Positions 8,212 through 18,417 of a stretch of 64,000 bases of DNA are shown here, in pieces. Made by a program: the position numbers and the translations under genes. Every line of letters starts with the position of its first letter. Position 1 is the first letter of the stretch. Below the pieces are notes generated by a model that saw nothing but the letters and a program-made list of their open reading frames with translations, ran no database searches and was not told where the DNA came from. The stretch comes from a virus. The DNA lies in IMG/VR virus record IMGVR_UViG_3300020159_000786, positions 6,984 through 70,983 of that record; one strand, written 5' to 3'.

Positions 8212-11200
8212 TGATGTCCTCCAAAATTACGGTTCCGTCTTTTGTTTTACCTAAAGTAAACTTGTATGCATGTCCTTCTTCTAACTTCATGTATGCCTGT
8301 GCAAATGATGTTGGAAATACCATAACTGAATGTAAATCTCTTGATGTATCTGCCAAAGTTAGTGATGCCATTTTTTTACCTGCTTTTGTTGTTCTAGGTT
8401 TAAATGATACCACATACATCTCCTCTTCTGTAAATGGCAACTGTTTATAATTTAAAAATTTAACCAATGCATTAGATGATCCTTTAATTTGATCAACTGG
8501 AATTGCAGAAAGAATTCTGTTATCATTAACTAGTATTAAATAAGTTTGTCCAGTTTCAATGGTGGTTTGCTCTTCATCAAATATTCCAACACTACCAGTT
8601 TTATCTAAAACTTCAACTCTAGACCAACCTTTACTTCTTTTAATATTTTTTACCATACCCATAATTACAAAAGATCCTTTTTCTTCATACTCTTCTATAT
8701 CTTTTATAAAAGCATGATAGTGTGCTGGAACTGTAATATTAAATTCTGGCAAATTTAAAATTTCATAAAGATTATGACGAATATCTTCATCATTTCTAGG
8801 ATTATCTGGAAAAGTTGCAGCACCAATTAACTTTAATGCATTAAGTGCTCTACTGTTTACACCATTGCCTTTAGTAAAAGTAAATTCCTCTAATTCTTTA
8901 TATGAATTAAACGGTCTGGCATCAATATATTTTTTAGCAATATTATCAGATATGTACTTGATAGCAGAAAGTCCAAACCTAATTCCTTTACCTTCAATCT
9001 TAAAATCTATATCAGAATCATTAATGTGTGGTAACTTAACTGGAATGCCCATTCTTTTTGCTTCAATTAAATATTCAGTACGAGTATCTTTGTTGCTTTC
9101 ATTTTTAAGCAAAGCAAACATAAACTCAAGTGGATAGTAATACTTTAACCACGCTGTCCAATACGAGAGCGTAGAGTAAGCAACCGCATGAGACTTGTTG
9201 AACGAATATCCCGCATGTGCTTCAAAATCATGCCAAAGATCGCGAGCAACGTTAGGAGCAACATACTTAGAAGCACCCTCAACAAACTTTTCTTTAAAAA
9301 CATCAAACTCCCTTGCATCCTTCTTTTTACCAATAATCTTTCTAACCTTGTCTGCATCTGCCATTGTCATACCGCCAAGATGTACGCAAGCCTGCATAAC
9401 TTGTTCTTGATATAAAACACATCCGTATGTATCAGATGTAAACTCTTTCATTACTTGATGAACGTATGATACATTTTGTTTTCCATGTTTACGAGCCAAA
9501 TAATCTTTACCAATAGTATTCATGGCACCTGGTCTAACCAATGCGTTAGATGCAGCAAGTTCATTTAAATTCTTAACACCCATCTTAACTAACAAGTTTG
9601 TATATGGTGTTGCTTCACATTGAAACACACCCTTTGTATATCCATCAGAAAGCATTTCATAAACTTTGGCATCTTCCATATTAATTTTTAATGGATCTAT
9701 ATCTACATAATGATTTTCTTTAATCATATCTATAGCATCTTTAACAACACTTAGCGTTTTTAATCCAAGTGCGTCTATTTTAATTAAACCAATTCTTTCT
9801 GCTTCTTCCATATCAATACCAACTACTGGAATTCTTTCGTCACTTCCAGGTGATGATCTTGTTTCTAATGGTGCGTATCTAAAGATTGGATTTTTGCTTG
9901 TTACAACACCAGCGGCATGAATACCAGTACCACGAATTCTTCCACGCAACTGCTCTCCATAAACTTCCACCTCTGGATATTTTTCTCTAAACCAATCTGT
10001 TGATCTTGAACTGCAGTACTCTTCCCAAGTATCTACTAACTTCAAAACTTTGTTAACATCTGACAAAGGAATGTTTAAAACTCTTGATACGTCTCTAACA
10101 ACACCTTTGTCTTTAAATTGTAAAAATGTAGCAATAGATGCAACGTGTCTATATTGTCTAACTAGATAATCTTTTACTTCATCACGACGTGAATCTTGAA
10201 TATCTGTATCAATATCTGGAAAGTCATTACGTTCTGGATTAATAAATCTAAAGAAAAGCAAACCATGTTTAATTGGATCAATATCTGTAATATTTAAAGC
10301 ATAACACAAAAGTGATCCAGCAGAAGATCCTCGGCCTGGGCCTACCATAATTCCTTCTTTTTTAGCCCAGTTAATCATACTTTGTACAACTAGAAAATAT
10401 GGACCAAACTTCTTATCTTTAATTATCTCTAACTCTTCATTAAGTCTTTCTACATACACAAGGTCATTTAACAAACCTTTGTCTTTCAAACCTTGCATTG
10501 CAATTTCTTTAAGTTCTTTATCTGGATTTCTGTATTGAACTGGTAGCAAGTCCAAGCCTTCTTGTAGGTCATAATCTTCTACCTTATTAGCAATCTCTAT
10601 AGTATTGGAGTATATGTCTTCTCTAAATATACCCTGCTTTTCCATGGCATACTTAATCTCTTCATAACTTAATAGATGTATGTCAAATTTATTAAATGTT
10701 ATCTGTCTGTCTTTACCGTACAAATAGTCTAAACGTTCCATCATGTCTTTGTGTTTTTTAGATTTTTCGTATGTATGATCTTTTTCTATTTTGGCATGTG
10801 TGTTTAACAGTAGTTTAAATTCTTGAACTTCCCTTTGTTCTTTGCAACTATGATGACAGTCTGGAGTAACAACTACCTTTACACCAAATTCATCGGCAAG
10901 GGCAATAAGTTGTTTATTTATCTCAGCAGCATTGTGTGGCATTACTTCAATATAATAATCATCTTTAAAAGTATCTTTAAACCATTCAATATATTTTTTT
11001 GCTACTGCAAATGCATTTTCTTCTAAAGCCTTAACAAGCACGCTACTTGGACAAGCAGATGTGACTATAATACCTTCTGAATATTGTTTTAATATTTCAA
11101 AATCAAATCTTGGTTTTTTAAAATATCCTTCAGTCCAAGCGATTTCATTTATTTTATTTAAGTTTTCTAAACCAACTTTGTTTTTAGCGAGAAGGACTAT

Positions 11201-11476
11201 ATGGTTGTAGACTAAATCAAGTTGACCGTCTCTCTCAGACTTGTCTCTTGTATCAAATCTATCCTGACACATATAGCCTTCTACGCCAAGAATAGGCTTA
11301 ACGTTCTTTGCTTTTGCACCTCGATACAGTTCTCTATGCCCAGATAAGGTTCCGTGATCTGTGATTGCAATTGCTTGCATACCCAAATCAACTGCACGGT
11401 CTATATATTCTTCTGGAGTAGCAACACCATCAAATAATGAATAGTGTGTGTGAACGTGTAAGCCTACATAACTCAT
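8204..11476 (-). CDS. dnaE: DNA polymerase III alpha subunit (DnaE) with PHP domain
   Basis: LHVHTHYSLFDG, TDHG, GPGRGSSAGS, PDIDTD, HAAGVV, KIDALGL, YSFNKSHA. Confidence 0.97.
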   Translation of the reverse strand: MSYVGLHVHTHYSLFDGVATPEEYIDRAVDLGMQAIAITDHGTLSGHRELYRGAKAKNVKPILGVEGYMCQDRFDTRDKSERDGQLDLVYNHIVLLAKNKVGLENLNKINEIAWTEGYFKKPRFDFEILKQYSEGIIVTSACPSSVLVKALEENAFAVAKKYIEWFKDTFKDDYYIEVMPHNAAEINKQLIALADEFGVKVVVTPDCHHSCKEQREVQEFKLLLNTHAKIEKDHTYEKSKKHKDMMERLDYLYGKDRQITFNKFDIHLLSYEEIKYAMEKQGIFREDIYSNTIEIANKVEDYDLQEGLDLLPVQYRNPDKELKEIAMQGLKDKGLLNDLVYVERLNEELEIIKDKKFGPYFLVVQSMINWAKKEGIMVGPGRGSSAGSLLCYALNITDIDPIKHGLLFFRFINPERNDFPDIDTDIQDSRRDEVKDYLVRQYRHVASIATFLQFKDKGVVRDVSRVLNIPLSDVNKVLKLVDTWEEYCSSRSTDWFREKYPEVEVYGEQLRGRIRGTGIHAAGVVTSKNPIFRYAPLETRSSPGSDERIPVVGIDMEEAERIGLIKIDALGLKTLSVVKDAIDMIKENHYVDIDPLKINMEDAKVYEMLSDGYTKGVFQCEATPYTNLLVKMGVKNLNELAASNALVRPGAMNTIGKDYLARKHGKQNVSYVHQVMKEFTSDTYGCVLYQEQVMQACVHLGGMTMADADKVRKIIGKKKDAREFDVFKEKFVEGASKYVAPNVARDLWHDFEAHAGYSFNKSHAVAYSTLSYWTAWLKYYYPLEFMFALLKNESNKDTRTEYLIEAKRMGIPVKLPHINDSDIDFKIEGKGIRFGLSAIKYISDNIAKKYIDARPFNSYKELEEFTFTKGNGVNSRALNALKLIGAATFPDNPRNDEDIRHNLYEILNLPEFNITVPAHYHAFIKDIEEYEEKGSFVIMGMVKNIKRSKGWSRVEVLDKTGSVGIFDEEQTTIETGQTYLILVNDNRILSAIPVDQIKGSSNALVKFLNYKQLPFTEEEMYVVSFKPRTTKAGKKMASLTLADTSRDLHSVMVFPTSFAQAYMKLEEGHAYKFTLGKTKDGTVILEDING

Positions 11477-11479
11477 CTA

Positions 11480-12136
11480 TTACCAGTCAGTGTTTGTTGA
11501 CGAAGTAGTAGATGGAGAGTCAAACCCCAAATAGAAAGCCTCTTGTTCTGCATAAGGAACTTTCTTAAGAGCCATTTCTAATGGATAGGGTTCAATACCC
11601 TCCCAATTAAATGGTTCTTTGTCTGGAGCAGATGGAATAAGAGTGTAACTAGTTTCAGTTCCTTGACCATTACGCTTTAACTTCCATGTAATGTTTGAAA
11701 TGCTTCCTGTTTCTAAAGCATATTCACGAATTGTATTGAAGGATGATTGTTTGCTTAGCCCCATTGACCAAATTGCAACATATGGTGCTTCGATGCCATC
11801 GTCTACAAGAACGTTGCAGTAAAAACGAAGACGGCCTCTCCAGCCAGCCTTTGGATCTTTACGATGCATTTCTTCAGCCCAATCGCGGCCCTCTGTTTCC
11901 ATTGTATCTACAGCACGACGCTTGTAGTCTTTTGGATTTACGTGTTCTTTAACAACTAGTGCTAGTCCACGTTTTTCATTATAGTTGGCAGAATCTTCAT
12001 CAAGTTCTTCAATGAATCTGATTTTTGCTGATTGACCGTCTGCAAGTTTTAACCACTTTACTTTTGGTCCTGTACTTTCATACTTTGGTTTGTCGAGCAG
12101 GGCGTTGATGTTTTTTAATCCCTTTACTACGCTCAT
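11480..12136 (-). CDS. Single-stranded DNA-binding protein (gp32-like)
   Basis: WLKLADGQSAKIRF...KRNGQGTETSY pattern; lies between primase and polymerase. Confidence 0.7.
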   Translation of the reverse strand: MSVVKGLKNINALLDKPKYESTGPKVKWLKLADGQSAKIRFIEELDEDSANYNEKRGLALVVKEHVNPKDYKRRAVDTMETEGRDWAEEMHRKDPKAGWRGRLRFYCNVLVDDGIEAPYVAIWSMGLSKQSSFNTIREYALETGSISNITWKLKRNGQGTETSYTLIPSAPDKEPFNWEGIEPYPLEMALKKVPYAEQEAFYLGFDSPSTTSSTNTDW

Positions 12137-12160
12137 TCGTTCTCCTTTGTTTGTTCTATT

Positions 12161-13105
12161 CTATTTTAGCATAGCGATTATAGAGTTGTCAAATCTAAAT
12201 TCAAGTTTCTTTATAGATTCGTCATCCATATCGCCAATATCTTTATACTGTTTTTCTAACTTTATTACACTAACACGAGAGCCAAGTTTTTCCACAAGCC
12301 TGTCTTTCATGTTATTTCCTGCTTCATCATTGTCTGCAATAACAATAATATCATTAAAATATTTTTTAAGCAACTCTACCTGTTGACTAGATATTGTTGC
12401 CCCAAGTGTTGCAACTGCTGGAAATCCAACCTGATCCAATCTTATAACATCAAATGAGGATTCTACCACATAGACCTTATTAGCAGCCTTAACTCTATTA
12501 AGATTAAACAATGTTTTAGATTTTGGCATACCTGGAGTATTTTTAAATTCTTTTCCATCAATGGATCTTCCAACAAAACCAATCATCATGCCATCTGGTG
12601 AATGAACTGGTATTGTTACCATATCTTGTTTTTCAGAATAACCCAAACTAAACTTAAGTATTGATTCTTTAGTTACTTTTCTCTTAGTGTAATAATCCAT
12701 TGCCCTTGAGGACTCTAGGGCTTGATTATTTAATCTTTTAATTATTAACTCATCAAACTGAACAAAGTCTGGTTTAACAAATAATTTTTTATTAATCTGT
12801 TTTTCAATATCCATGTTTTGCTCTTTGTCTTTAATAAATCTTATGGACTCAAAATATGTCCTACCTGTAGCATGCATGACAAACTCAATTAAATCTGCTA
12901 TTTTATTACAAGAGAAACAAAAAAACATTCCAGTATTCATATTAACTTCACCTGCTGGAGTTCTGTGATTATTATGAAACGGACAAAATACAATAAATTC
13001 AGAGCCTACTTGTGACTCAATGTTTAAACCTGATCCCTCAATGACTCTTTCGATTTGTTCTTTTGTGTATATATTGGTGTTGCCTGACTTATTCCGTCTA
13101 TCCAT
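12161..13105 (-). CDS. dnaG: DNA primase (CHC2 zinc finger plus Toprim)
   Basis: CPFH...CFSC, GFVGR, VVESSFD, IADNDEAG, KDIGD. Confidence 0.9.
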   Translation of the reverse strand: MDRRNKSGNTNIYTKEQIERVIEGSGLNIESQVGSEFIVFCPFHNNHRTPAGEVNMNTGMFFCFSCNKIADLIEFVMHATGRTYFESIRFIKDKEQNMDIEKQINKKLFVKPDFVQFDELIIKRLNNQALESSRAMDYYTKRKVTKESILKFSLGYSEKQDMVTIPVHSPDGMMIGFVGRSIDGKEFKNTPGMPKSKTLFNLNRVKAANKVYVVESSFDVIRLDQVGFPAVATLGATISSQQVELLKKYFNDIIVIADNDEAGNNMKDRLVEKLGSRVSVIKLEKQYKDIGDMDDESIKKLEFRFDNSIIAMLK

Positions 13106-13350
13106 TCACTCTTTCTCTTTCCTACATATATTCCGTATATTGTTATTTCAAATTCAAAACTTTTTGTTTTCATATCATAGTCTATTGTAAAGTCAGGTTC
13201 TATGTCAAATTTGGGCACATAACCAGACAGCCTCATTTCTGATACCAGTAGTTTTATATATTCAGATTTAAGCCTTTCAATGGCTGAATCGTCGTGTATG
13301 TTTCCACTGAGGTTAAAGTTTTTAATAGGTTTATGATGATAATTGTCCAC
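13024..13350 (-). CDS. Hypothetical protein
   Basis: 108-aa ORF; GTG start 5 nt after TATAAT. Confidence 0.65.
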   Translation of the reverse strand: MDNYHHKPIKNFNLSGNIHDDSAIERLKSEYIKLLVSEMRLSGYVPKFDIEPDFTIDYDMKTKSFEFEITIYGIYVGKRKSEWIDGISQATPIYTQKNKSKESLRDQV

Positions 13351-13356
13351 ATAATA

Positions 13357-14583
13357 TTATAACTGCTTATCTTCATAATCTTTATACCTGTAATATCCTT
13401 TGTCAAAGTCTACCTGAACTAAAAACTCACCCATAAATCCATTTCTATTCTTTCTAAAAGCACACTCAATAATGTCGCTATTGGATGCACGACCAAGTGC
13501 CATCACCCAATCAGCATCATAAGCAATCTGCCTAGACCATGCAGTTTGACCCAATGTGGGAACACTGCTTAAATCATTCACATCGTCTGGAGTTGCAGAA
13601 GATATTGCAATAATAGGAATCTCTTCGCCAATAGCCATAAGTTTAAGTTCTCTTGAAAGGTTTTTCATTCGTACAGTTTCATTATCAGACCTTTGGTTTG
13701 GACTCATTAACTGCAAGTAATCCACAATAACAAAGTCTGGCTTATACTGATCTATCTTTCCACGAAGAACTGATGGATTTATCTCTCCACCATTGTCATT
13801 TGAAATAATATGAAACTCTGGCTTTCCTGAAATCTTATTGGCATGCCATTTATTAAACATGTCAAGTTCAATCTCACCCTTGCTTAATTTTCTATGTGAC
13901 CAAAGTCCTTCTCCCATAATCGTGTAGACACGATTTCTTACTTCTGCTTCACCCATTTCTAAAGATATGATTAACGGAGACTTGCCTTGTTTCCAGGCCT
14001 GTACGGCAAAATACAGGGCTAACCAAGACTTACCTATACCTGGGTATGCAAGAAACACTCCAAGTTGTCCTGGCATGATTCCTGATGGCAAATAATTGTC
14101 AAACCCTGGAAGCCCAGTAGTAATACCAACCAAGCCAAGTTCTTGTTGCTTTTTAAGATTTTCAAAGTATGCAATTGCAGACTGCAAGTCAGTAACATCA
14201 ATATCACGTATTGCGGATGTGTTCTTTTTTAATTCTGAGGTTTTTGTAATAAGATTATTTAAGGCCTCTGTGCCTTTGTTATCTGAAACATCAGATGCGG
14301 CAGATCTCAATATATCTTTAAGGCTATCATTTAAATATTCAATCTGTAACTCTTCTAAATGATGCTTTGTTGATCCTACATTTTCTACTGGTTTAAAATC
14401 TCTAAATTTTTCTACTACAAGAGATACTGGTGGAACAGAAGAGTTTTGTTCAAAATATATTCTAATAAAGTTCCAAATATCATTATGAGTTTTTAATAAA
14501 TTGTCAACGTTATTTTGAAGCAGAACATGCAGTTGTTTGTCTTGTAATACTGCAGATATTACTTTTGCTTCAACATTATTCAC
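13357..14583 (-). CDS. dnaB: DnaB-like replicative helicase
   Basis: AYPGIGKS Walker A, ISLEM, IVDYLQLM, KNRNG. Confidence 0.93.
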   Translation of the reverse strand: MNNVEAKVISAVLQDKQLHVLLQNNVDNLLKTHNDIWNFIRIYFEQNSSVPPVSLVVEKFRDFKPVENVGSTKHHLEELQIEYLNDSLKDILRSAASDVSDNKGTEALNNLITKTSELKKNTSAIRDIDVTDLQSAIAYFENLKKQQELGLVGITTGLPGFDNYLPSGIMPGQLGVFLAYPGIGKSWLALYFAVQAWKQGKSPLIISLEMGEAEVRNRVYTIMGEGLWSHRKLSKGEIELDMFNKWHANKISGKPEFHIISNDNGGEINPSVLRGKIDQYKPDFVIVDYLQLMSPNQRSDNETVRMKNLSRELKLMAIGEEIPIIAISSATPDDVNDLSSVPTLGQTAWSRQIAYDADWVMALGRASNSDIIECAFRKNRNGFMGEFLVQVDFDKGYYRYKDYEDKQL

Positions 14584-14884
14584 TTAGCCACTCCTTTGCT
14601 TTGCGTCGTCTTTCTAATCTTTCAAAGTTATCTTTTTCTTTATCTATTTTAGCATTCCAAATTTTTTCAGCATTGTATGAAAAATAGTTCCAACTAGGAC
14701 TTTGTGCTACCTTAAAATAATACTCAAGCAAATCGTAACATGTGCCCAAACCATATGATTCTATAAGGGCATCAGCAGACCATTGCTCTACCCATTTATT
14801 TATTGATGGCTGTTGCCCATACTTAACCTTATGGTGTTTAGCGTATGTTCCTAGCAAAGCCATTCGGTCTTTGCGTTCTGCCAC
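14576..14884 (-). CDS. Hypothetical protein upstream of the helicase (possible loader or initiator)
   Basis: 102-aa ORF translationally coupled to dnaB; role inferred from position only. Confidence 0.6.
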   Translation of the reverse strand: MAERKDRMALLGTYAKHHKVKYGQQPSINKWVEQWSADALIESYGLGTCYDLLEYYFKVAQSPSWNYFSYNAEKIWNAKIDKEKDNFERLERRRKAKEWLSE

Positions 14885-15093
14885 TATTCGACTATTTCTG
14901 CTTTTGCTTCTTGGATTTTTTCTGTAAGTTTACCTTCAACAAAACCATAAACTCTTTCAAATGCTTCACTAGTAGTTTCTCCGTCTTTCTTAGAATCTAC
15001 AACGCCAAGATCTAATCTTAGTGATTGAAAGTTGCCTAGATTTAATGTATAACCAAGAGTAATAGAAACCTTGGTACTATCGTTTTCTTGCAT
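14884..15093 (-). CDS. Conserved small phage protein
   Basis: LGYTLNLGNFQSLRLD motif; AAGGAG RBS before ATG 15093. Confidence 0.7.
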   Translation of the reverse strand: MQENDSTKVSITLGYTLNLGNFQSLRLDLGVVDSKKDGETTSEAFERVYGFVEGKLTEKIQEAKAEIVE

Positions 15094-15108
15094 ACCCACT
15101 CCTTATTG

Positions 15109-15654
15109 CTAGTTAATCGATTCGTTCCAAATTGGAATAAATCTACCGTCTTCCGTCTTCGTATATTTAAGTATACCATCACCCATTCTTCTAGTCAATT
15201 CTTGAGTGCTAGGCGTAATGTCATTTGTAATTAAATTATCTTTCCTTGGTCTACCTATATGGTACGAAGCAAGTATATCACGTATGTCTTTTACTTGTGA
15301 TTCTGAGTAATATGATCTTACTTGCCATCCCCTTGCCCCGCCTTTTTGTGATCCAGTGGGAAATGGTATAATCCCTCTTCTCATTAAAGAAGGCATATAT
15401 TTTTTATGCCTGTTTACTAGTTCAGCCGTTTGTCTAACTGTATATGCACGCTCTCTTTTATTTTTAAAATCAGAAATTAAACAACTTTCAATTCTATCTT
15501 TATTAATGTTGTACACAGACATTATTCCATTAGATTTATTAAAATGATGTATTCTTACCAATTCGCCATTAAGAAACCAAACCTTTTTATTGCCAGGTAT
15601 TACAGGGGCGAGATTGTATGCTTCGCTCTCAAGATTTCCTTTTCTAACAGCCAT
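15109..15654 (-). CDS. DNA-binding protein with MerR/excisionase-like HTH
   Basis: AYTVRQTAELVNR...RGIIPFP...RSYYSESQV; GGAGGA RBS before ATG 15654. Confidence 0.65.
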   Translation of the reverse strand: MAVRKGNLESEAYNLAPVIPGNKKVWFLNGELVRIHHFNKSNGIMSVYNINKDRIESCLISDFKNKRERAYTVRQTAELVNRHKKYMPSLMRRGIIPFPTGSQKGGARGWQVRSYYSESQVKDIRDILASYHIGRPRKDNLITNDITPSTQELTRRMGDGILKYTKTEDGRFIPIWNESIN

Positions 15655-15791
15655 GATCCTCCTATAACACTCTGTGGTGGGTTCATAAACTGTCTTACCC
15701 CACACGACATGCAGTACAACTCTAAATGAAGACGTGAACTATAAAGTCTGTCAACAAACATTCTTCCTTTACATTTTTTACATTTTAACAT
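15600..15791 (-). CDS. Small zinc-ribbon protein
   Basis: CKKC...CMSCG. Confidence 0.65.
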   Translation of the reverse strand: MLKCKKCKGRMFVDRLYSSRLHLELYCMSCGVRQFMNPPQSVIGGSWLLEKEILRAKHTISPL

Positions 15792-16231
15792 TAATTAGGA
15801 ATTCCAAGAGCAATAACGTTAACACCAATTGACACATTACCGCTTGATTTAAACTTAACAACCCCATCTGCCCTAGAAGTTGTTATATTTTTTAAAATAA
15901 CAGAAATATCAGAACCAGCAGAAGTTCCATCAATATTTATTGGAGTTGCTGTAACAATTGGTGTAAACTTAAAACCAGCATAGTTGATATAAAAAGAAAT
16001 TTCATTTCCAGCACTTACCGTGCTATTATTTGCAACCTCTACATAGCCACCAATCATTCTTATTTCTGAAGATTTGACGTCTTGTTTTCCAGAGGATATT
16101 GTATCAATTGTAATGTATTTGTTTAATGCTGGAGATATTTGAGTAGAAAGAGAGTTTACCGCTTCTGATATTTGATAAATATATCCAACATCAAGAGGTT
16201 GTCCACGATTTGGTAAGGGTATTCTAGCCAT
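15791..16231 (-). CDS. Putative minor tail or virion protein
   Basis: End of tail module; F..TPIVTAT...VNVIALG resembles an H-type-lectin/gp53-like beta domain. Confidence 0.55.
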   Translation of the reverse strand: MARIPLPNRGQPLDVGYIYQISEAVNSLSTQISPALNKYITIDTISSGKQDVKSSEIRMIGGYVEVANNSTVSAGNEISFYINYAGFKFTPIVTATPINIDGTSAGSDISVILKNITTSRADGVVKFKSSGNVSIGVNVIALGIPN

Positions 16232-16249
16232 GATTAATCTATTATACCA

Positions 16250-16750
16250 CTAAAGCGAATGATTAATAACTTCATATACCTTTAAAAATGAAGAATTTCG
16301 TGATACAGGATTTCCTTTTAAATATACCTCAATACTAATTCTATTAGGTGCTGATGACTGAATAACTCCATTGATGGTATATGTGCTTGGATGTGGTGTA
16401 GAATAAGCATTTCCAGCAATCCTTTGTTTATATATCCAATCTCCACCATCATTTCTATCATACCTTATCCATACATCAAAATCTACTGCAGTTCTTATTA
16501 AGTTGTTATTTTTTTTAATACCTACTGGATCCCATGAAAATGTTGTAAGACTTTGAGAACTTGATGTTCCGATTACACCCAACTCATACTCATATTCTGG
16601 ATTAAGTAAAACTATTGGCGACCAATGTGATGCTCTGTTTTTATCTTCTGAAATAATCCTATATCTTAAAAGGTATCCTTCATTTATAGAAGATATATCT
16701 GGAAAGTTTTTGTTTTCAATTATTATTTTTTTAATATTATCGTCTACCAT
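16250..16750 (-). CDS. Putative minor tail protein
   Basis: RYRIISEDKNRASHWSP FN3-like segment; tail module position. Confidence 0.55.
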   Translation of the reverse strand: MVDDNIKKIIIENKNFPDISSINEGYLLRYRIISEDKNRASHWSPIVLLNPEYEYELGVIGTSSSQSLTTFSWDPVGIKKNNNLIRTAVDFDVWIRYDRNDGGDWIYKQRIAGNAYSTPHPSTYTINGVIQSSAPNRISIEVYLKGNPVSRNSSFLKVYEVINHSL

Positions 16751-17910
16751 TAAACTACATCCAAAATAAATCTAAACTCTATATAACTATTAGTGTTTGA
16801 TAATTTTGTAATTGGTAAACTATCAATATTTCTAATTACAGTATATCCAGTTAAACCATATAAAGGATTTAGTCTATTTTGGTTTTCAAGTCTTAACGCA
16901 TCTAATGCAATATAATAATTATCATTTATTTCATTAGCAGACACAGTTCCACTTAAAACCTGTGCATATATATTAACTGTGTCAACTGCTTTCCAAGAAA
17001 AACCATTGGTTGTATTTAATTCGTTTATTTTTTTATTTACAACAAAATATCTGTTCTCATTAAAGTTATAAATATTGCTTGACAAGGAGTGGTCTACTCT
17101 GCACTCCATTCGTGAATAAGCAGATGGATCATTAGAACACAAAAATTCTACCATTATATTTACAGCAACTTTTGGCTCTACAGTTAAATCTGTTCCATCT
17201 TTATTAATTAAACTAAAGGCTATTCTTAATTCATCATTTAATGAGTTTTTTGACAAGTCTACCGAGTTACCTGAAATTTGTATAAAATTACCATCTCCAA
17301 CTAAAGACCCAGAACTTCCAGAAAATGTAGACGAATCTCCACGCATAATTATTGTGTTATTTAAAAATCTAGGTGTTTCATTTTTAATATACCTTGATTC
17401 ATTAAAAAATATAGGATTGTCTGCATTTGATTGAAATATGTCCAAAGCAACTGATGCAGAATTTACAGTAAATACATCTTTTATTACATTTAAAATAAGT
17501 GGATCATCTAGTGGTTCTGAAACAGTAATTAAACTTGTTGATCCATTGATTTTCCAATTTTCTTTAGATGTAAAAGCAAACAATGTTTTACTATCTGTGG
17601 ACCCCAAGGATGTGTTATAGCCTGCTGAATAAATTCCAACCTCAGTAATTTCATATCTTTCTTCTGTCGGTATCTCTGCAGTTAAAACTATTTTTGATAC
17701 TCCATCATCATTTACAATTCCTCTAGCAGATATTGGAACACGAAACATTTCAAAGTCTAAATCTGTTTTATTAGAATAATCTGGTAACTCTCCGTCTACA
17801 TAAGGCTCTAGTGGTTTTGCTCCACAACCTACCGCTATGTATGAAGCGTAAGATGGTGCCTGACCTAATAAATATTTAGCAATTATATTTTTTCCAACAT
17901 TTGTAATCAT
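16750..17910 (-). CDS. Putative minor tail or baseplate protein
   Basis: MITNVGKNIIAKYL...YIAVGCG...ITEVGIY N-terminus typical of fibre-anchoring baseplate proteins. Confidence 0.6.
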   Translation of the reverse strand: MITNVGKNIIAKYLLGQAPSYASYIAVGCGAKPLEPYVDGELPDYSNKTDLDFEMFRVPISARGIVNDDGVSKIVLTAEIPTEERYEITEVGIYSAGYNTSLGSTDSKTLFAFTSKENWKINGSTSLITVSEPLDDPLILNVIKDVFTVNSASVALDIFQSNADNPIFFNESRYIKNETPRFLNNTIIMRGDSSTFSGSSGSLVGDGNFIQISGNSVDLSKNSLNDELRIAFSLINKDGTDLTVEPKVAVNIMVEFLCSNDPSAYSRMECRVDHSLSSNIYNFNENRYFVVNKKINELNTTNGFSWKAVDTVNIYAQVLSGTVSANEINDNYYIALDALRLENQNRLNPLYGLTGYTVIRNIDSLPITKLSNTNSYIEFRFILDVV

Positions 17911-17925
17911 AAAAAATCTCCTAAT

Positions 17926-18417
17926 CTATATTGTATCATAGTAAGTGTTTCCATTTAATAAAATTTCAACTTCTACCTGTTCGTCTTTTTCCATATTAAT
18001 AAGTTCTATGACAATATTTCCAGTTATTTCATCTATATATATGTTAGAATTATTTGGACCGCTTGCTACATTGGGAATTTTTGATTCAAACAAAATAGGA
18101 AAATTTTTAAAATATTGAAGAGAGGTTTGATCAACTGGTGATAAGTTATATGAGTTATATTTTTGATATATTTGATTAGAATTACCTATTGGTTCGTAAA
18201 TTAAGTTTGATCCAAAAACAGTGTCGTTACGTGAAATATTAAGTATTTCTTGACTACCAATATCTTCAAATATTAATTTAGTCATTAATTCTACTGGAGT
18301 AGACTCTTCATCGAGCAGTACATATTGCGGGGTAGCGGTTTTAACAAGATTGTTGTCAACGCTAGTAGAATTATTAGAAGATATTTTTATTGGTGTATTA
18401 GGATTAGAATCAGTCAT
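17926..18417 (-). CDS. Putative minor tail protein
   Basis: Tail module position; start MTDSNP overlaps the upstream stop. Confidence 0.55.
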   Translation of the reverse strand: MTDSNPNTPIKISSNNSTSVDNNLVKTATPQYVLLDEESTPVELMTKLIFEDIGSQEILNISRNDTVFGSNLIYEPIGNSNQIYQKYNSYNLSPVDQTSLQYFKNFPILFESKIPNVASGPNNSNIYIDEITGNIVIELINMEKDEQVEVEILLNGNTYYDTI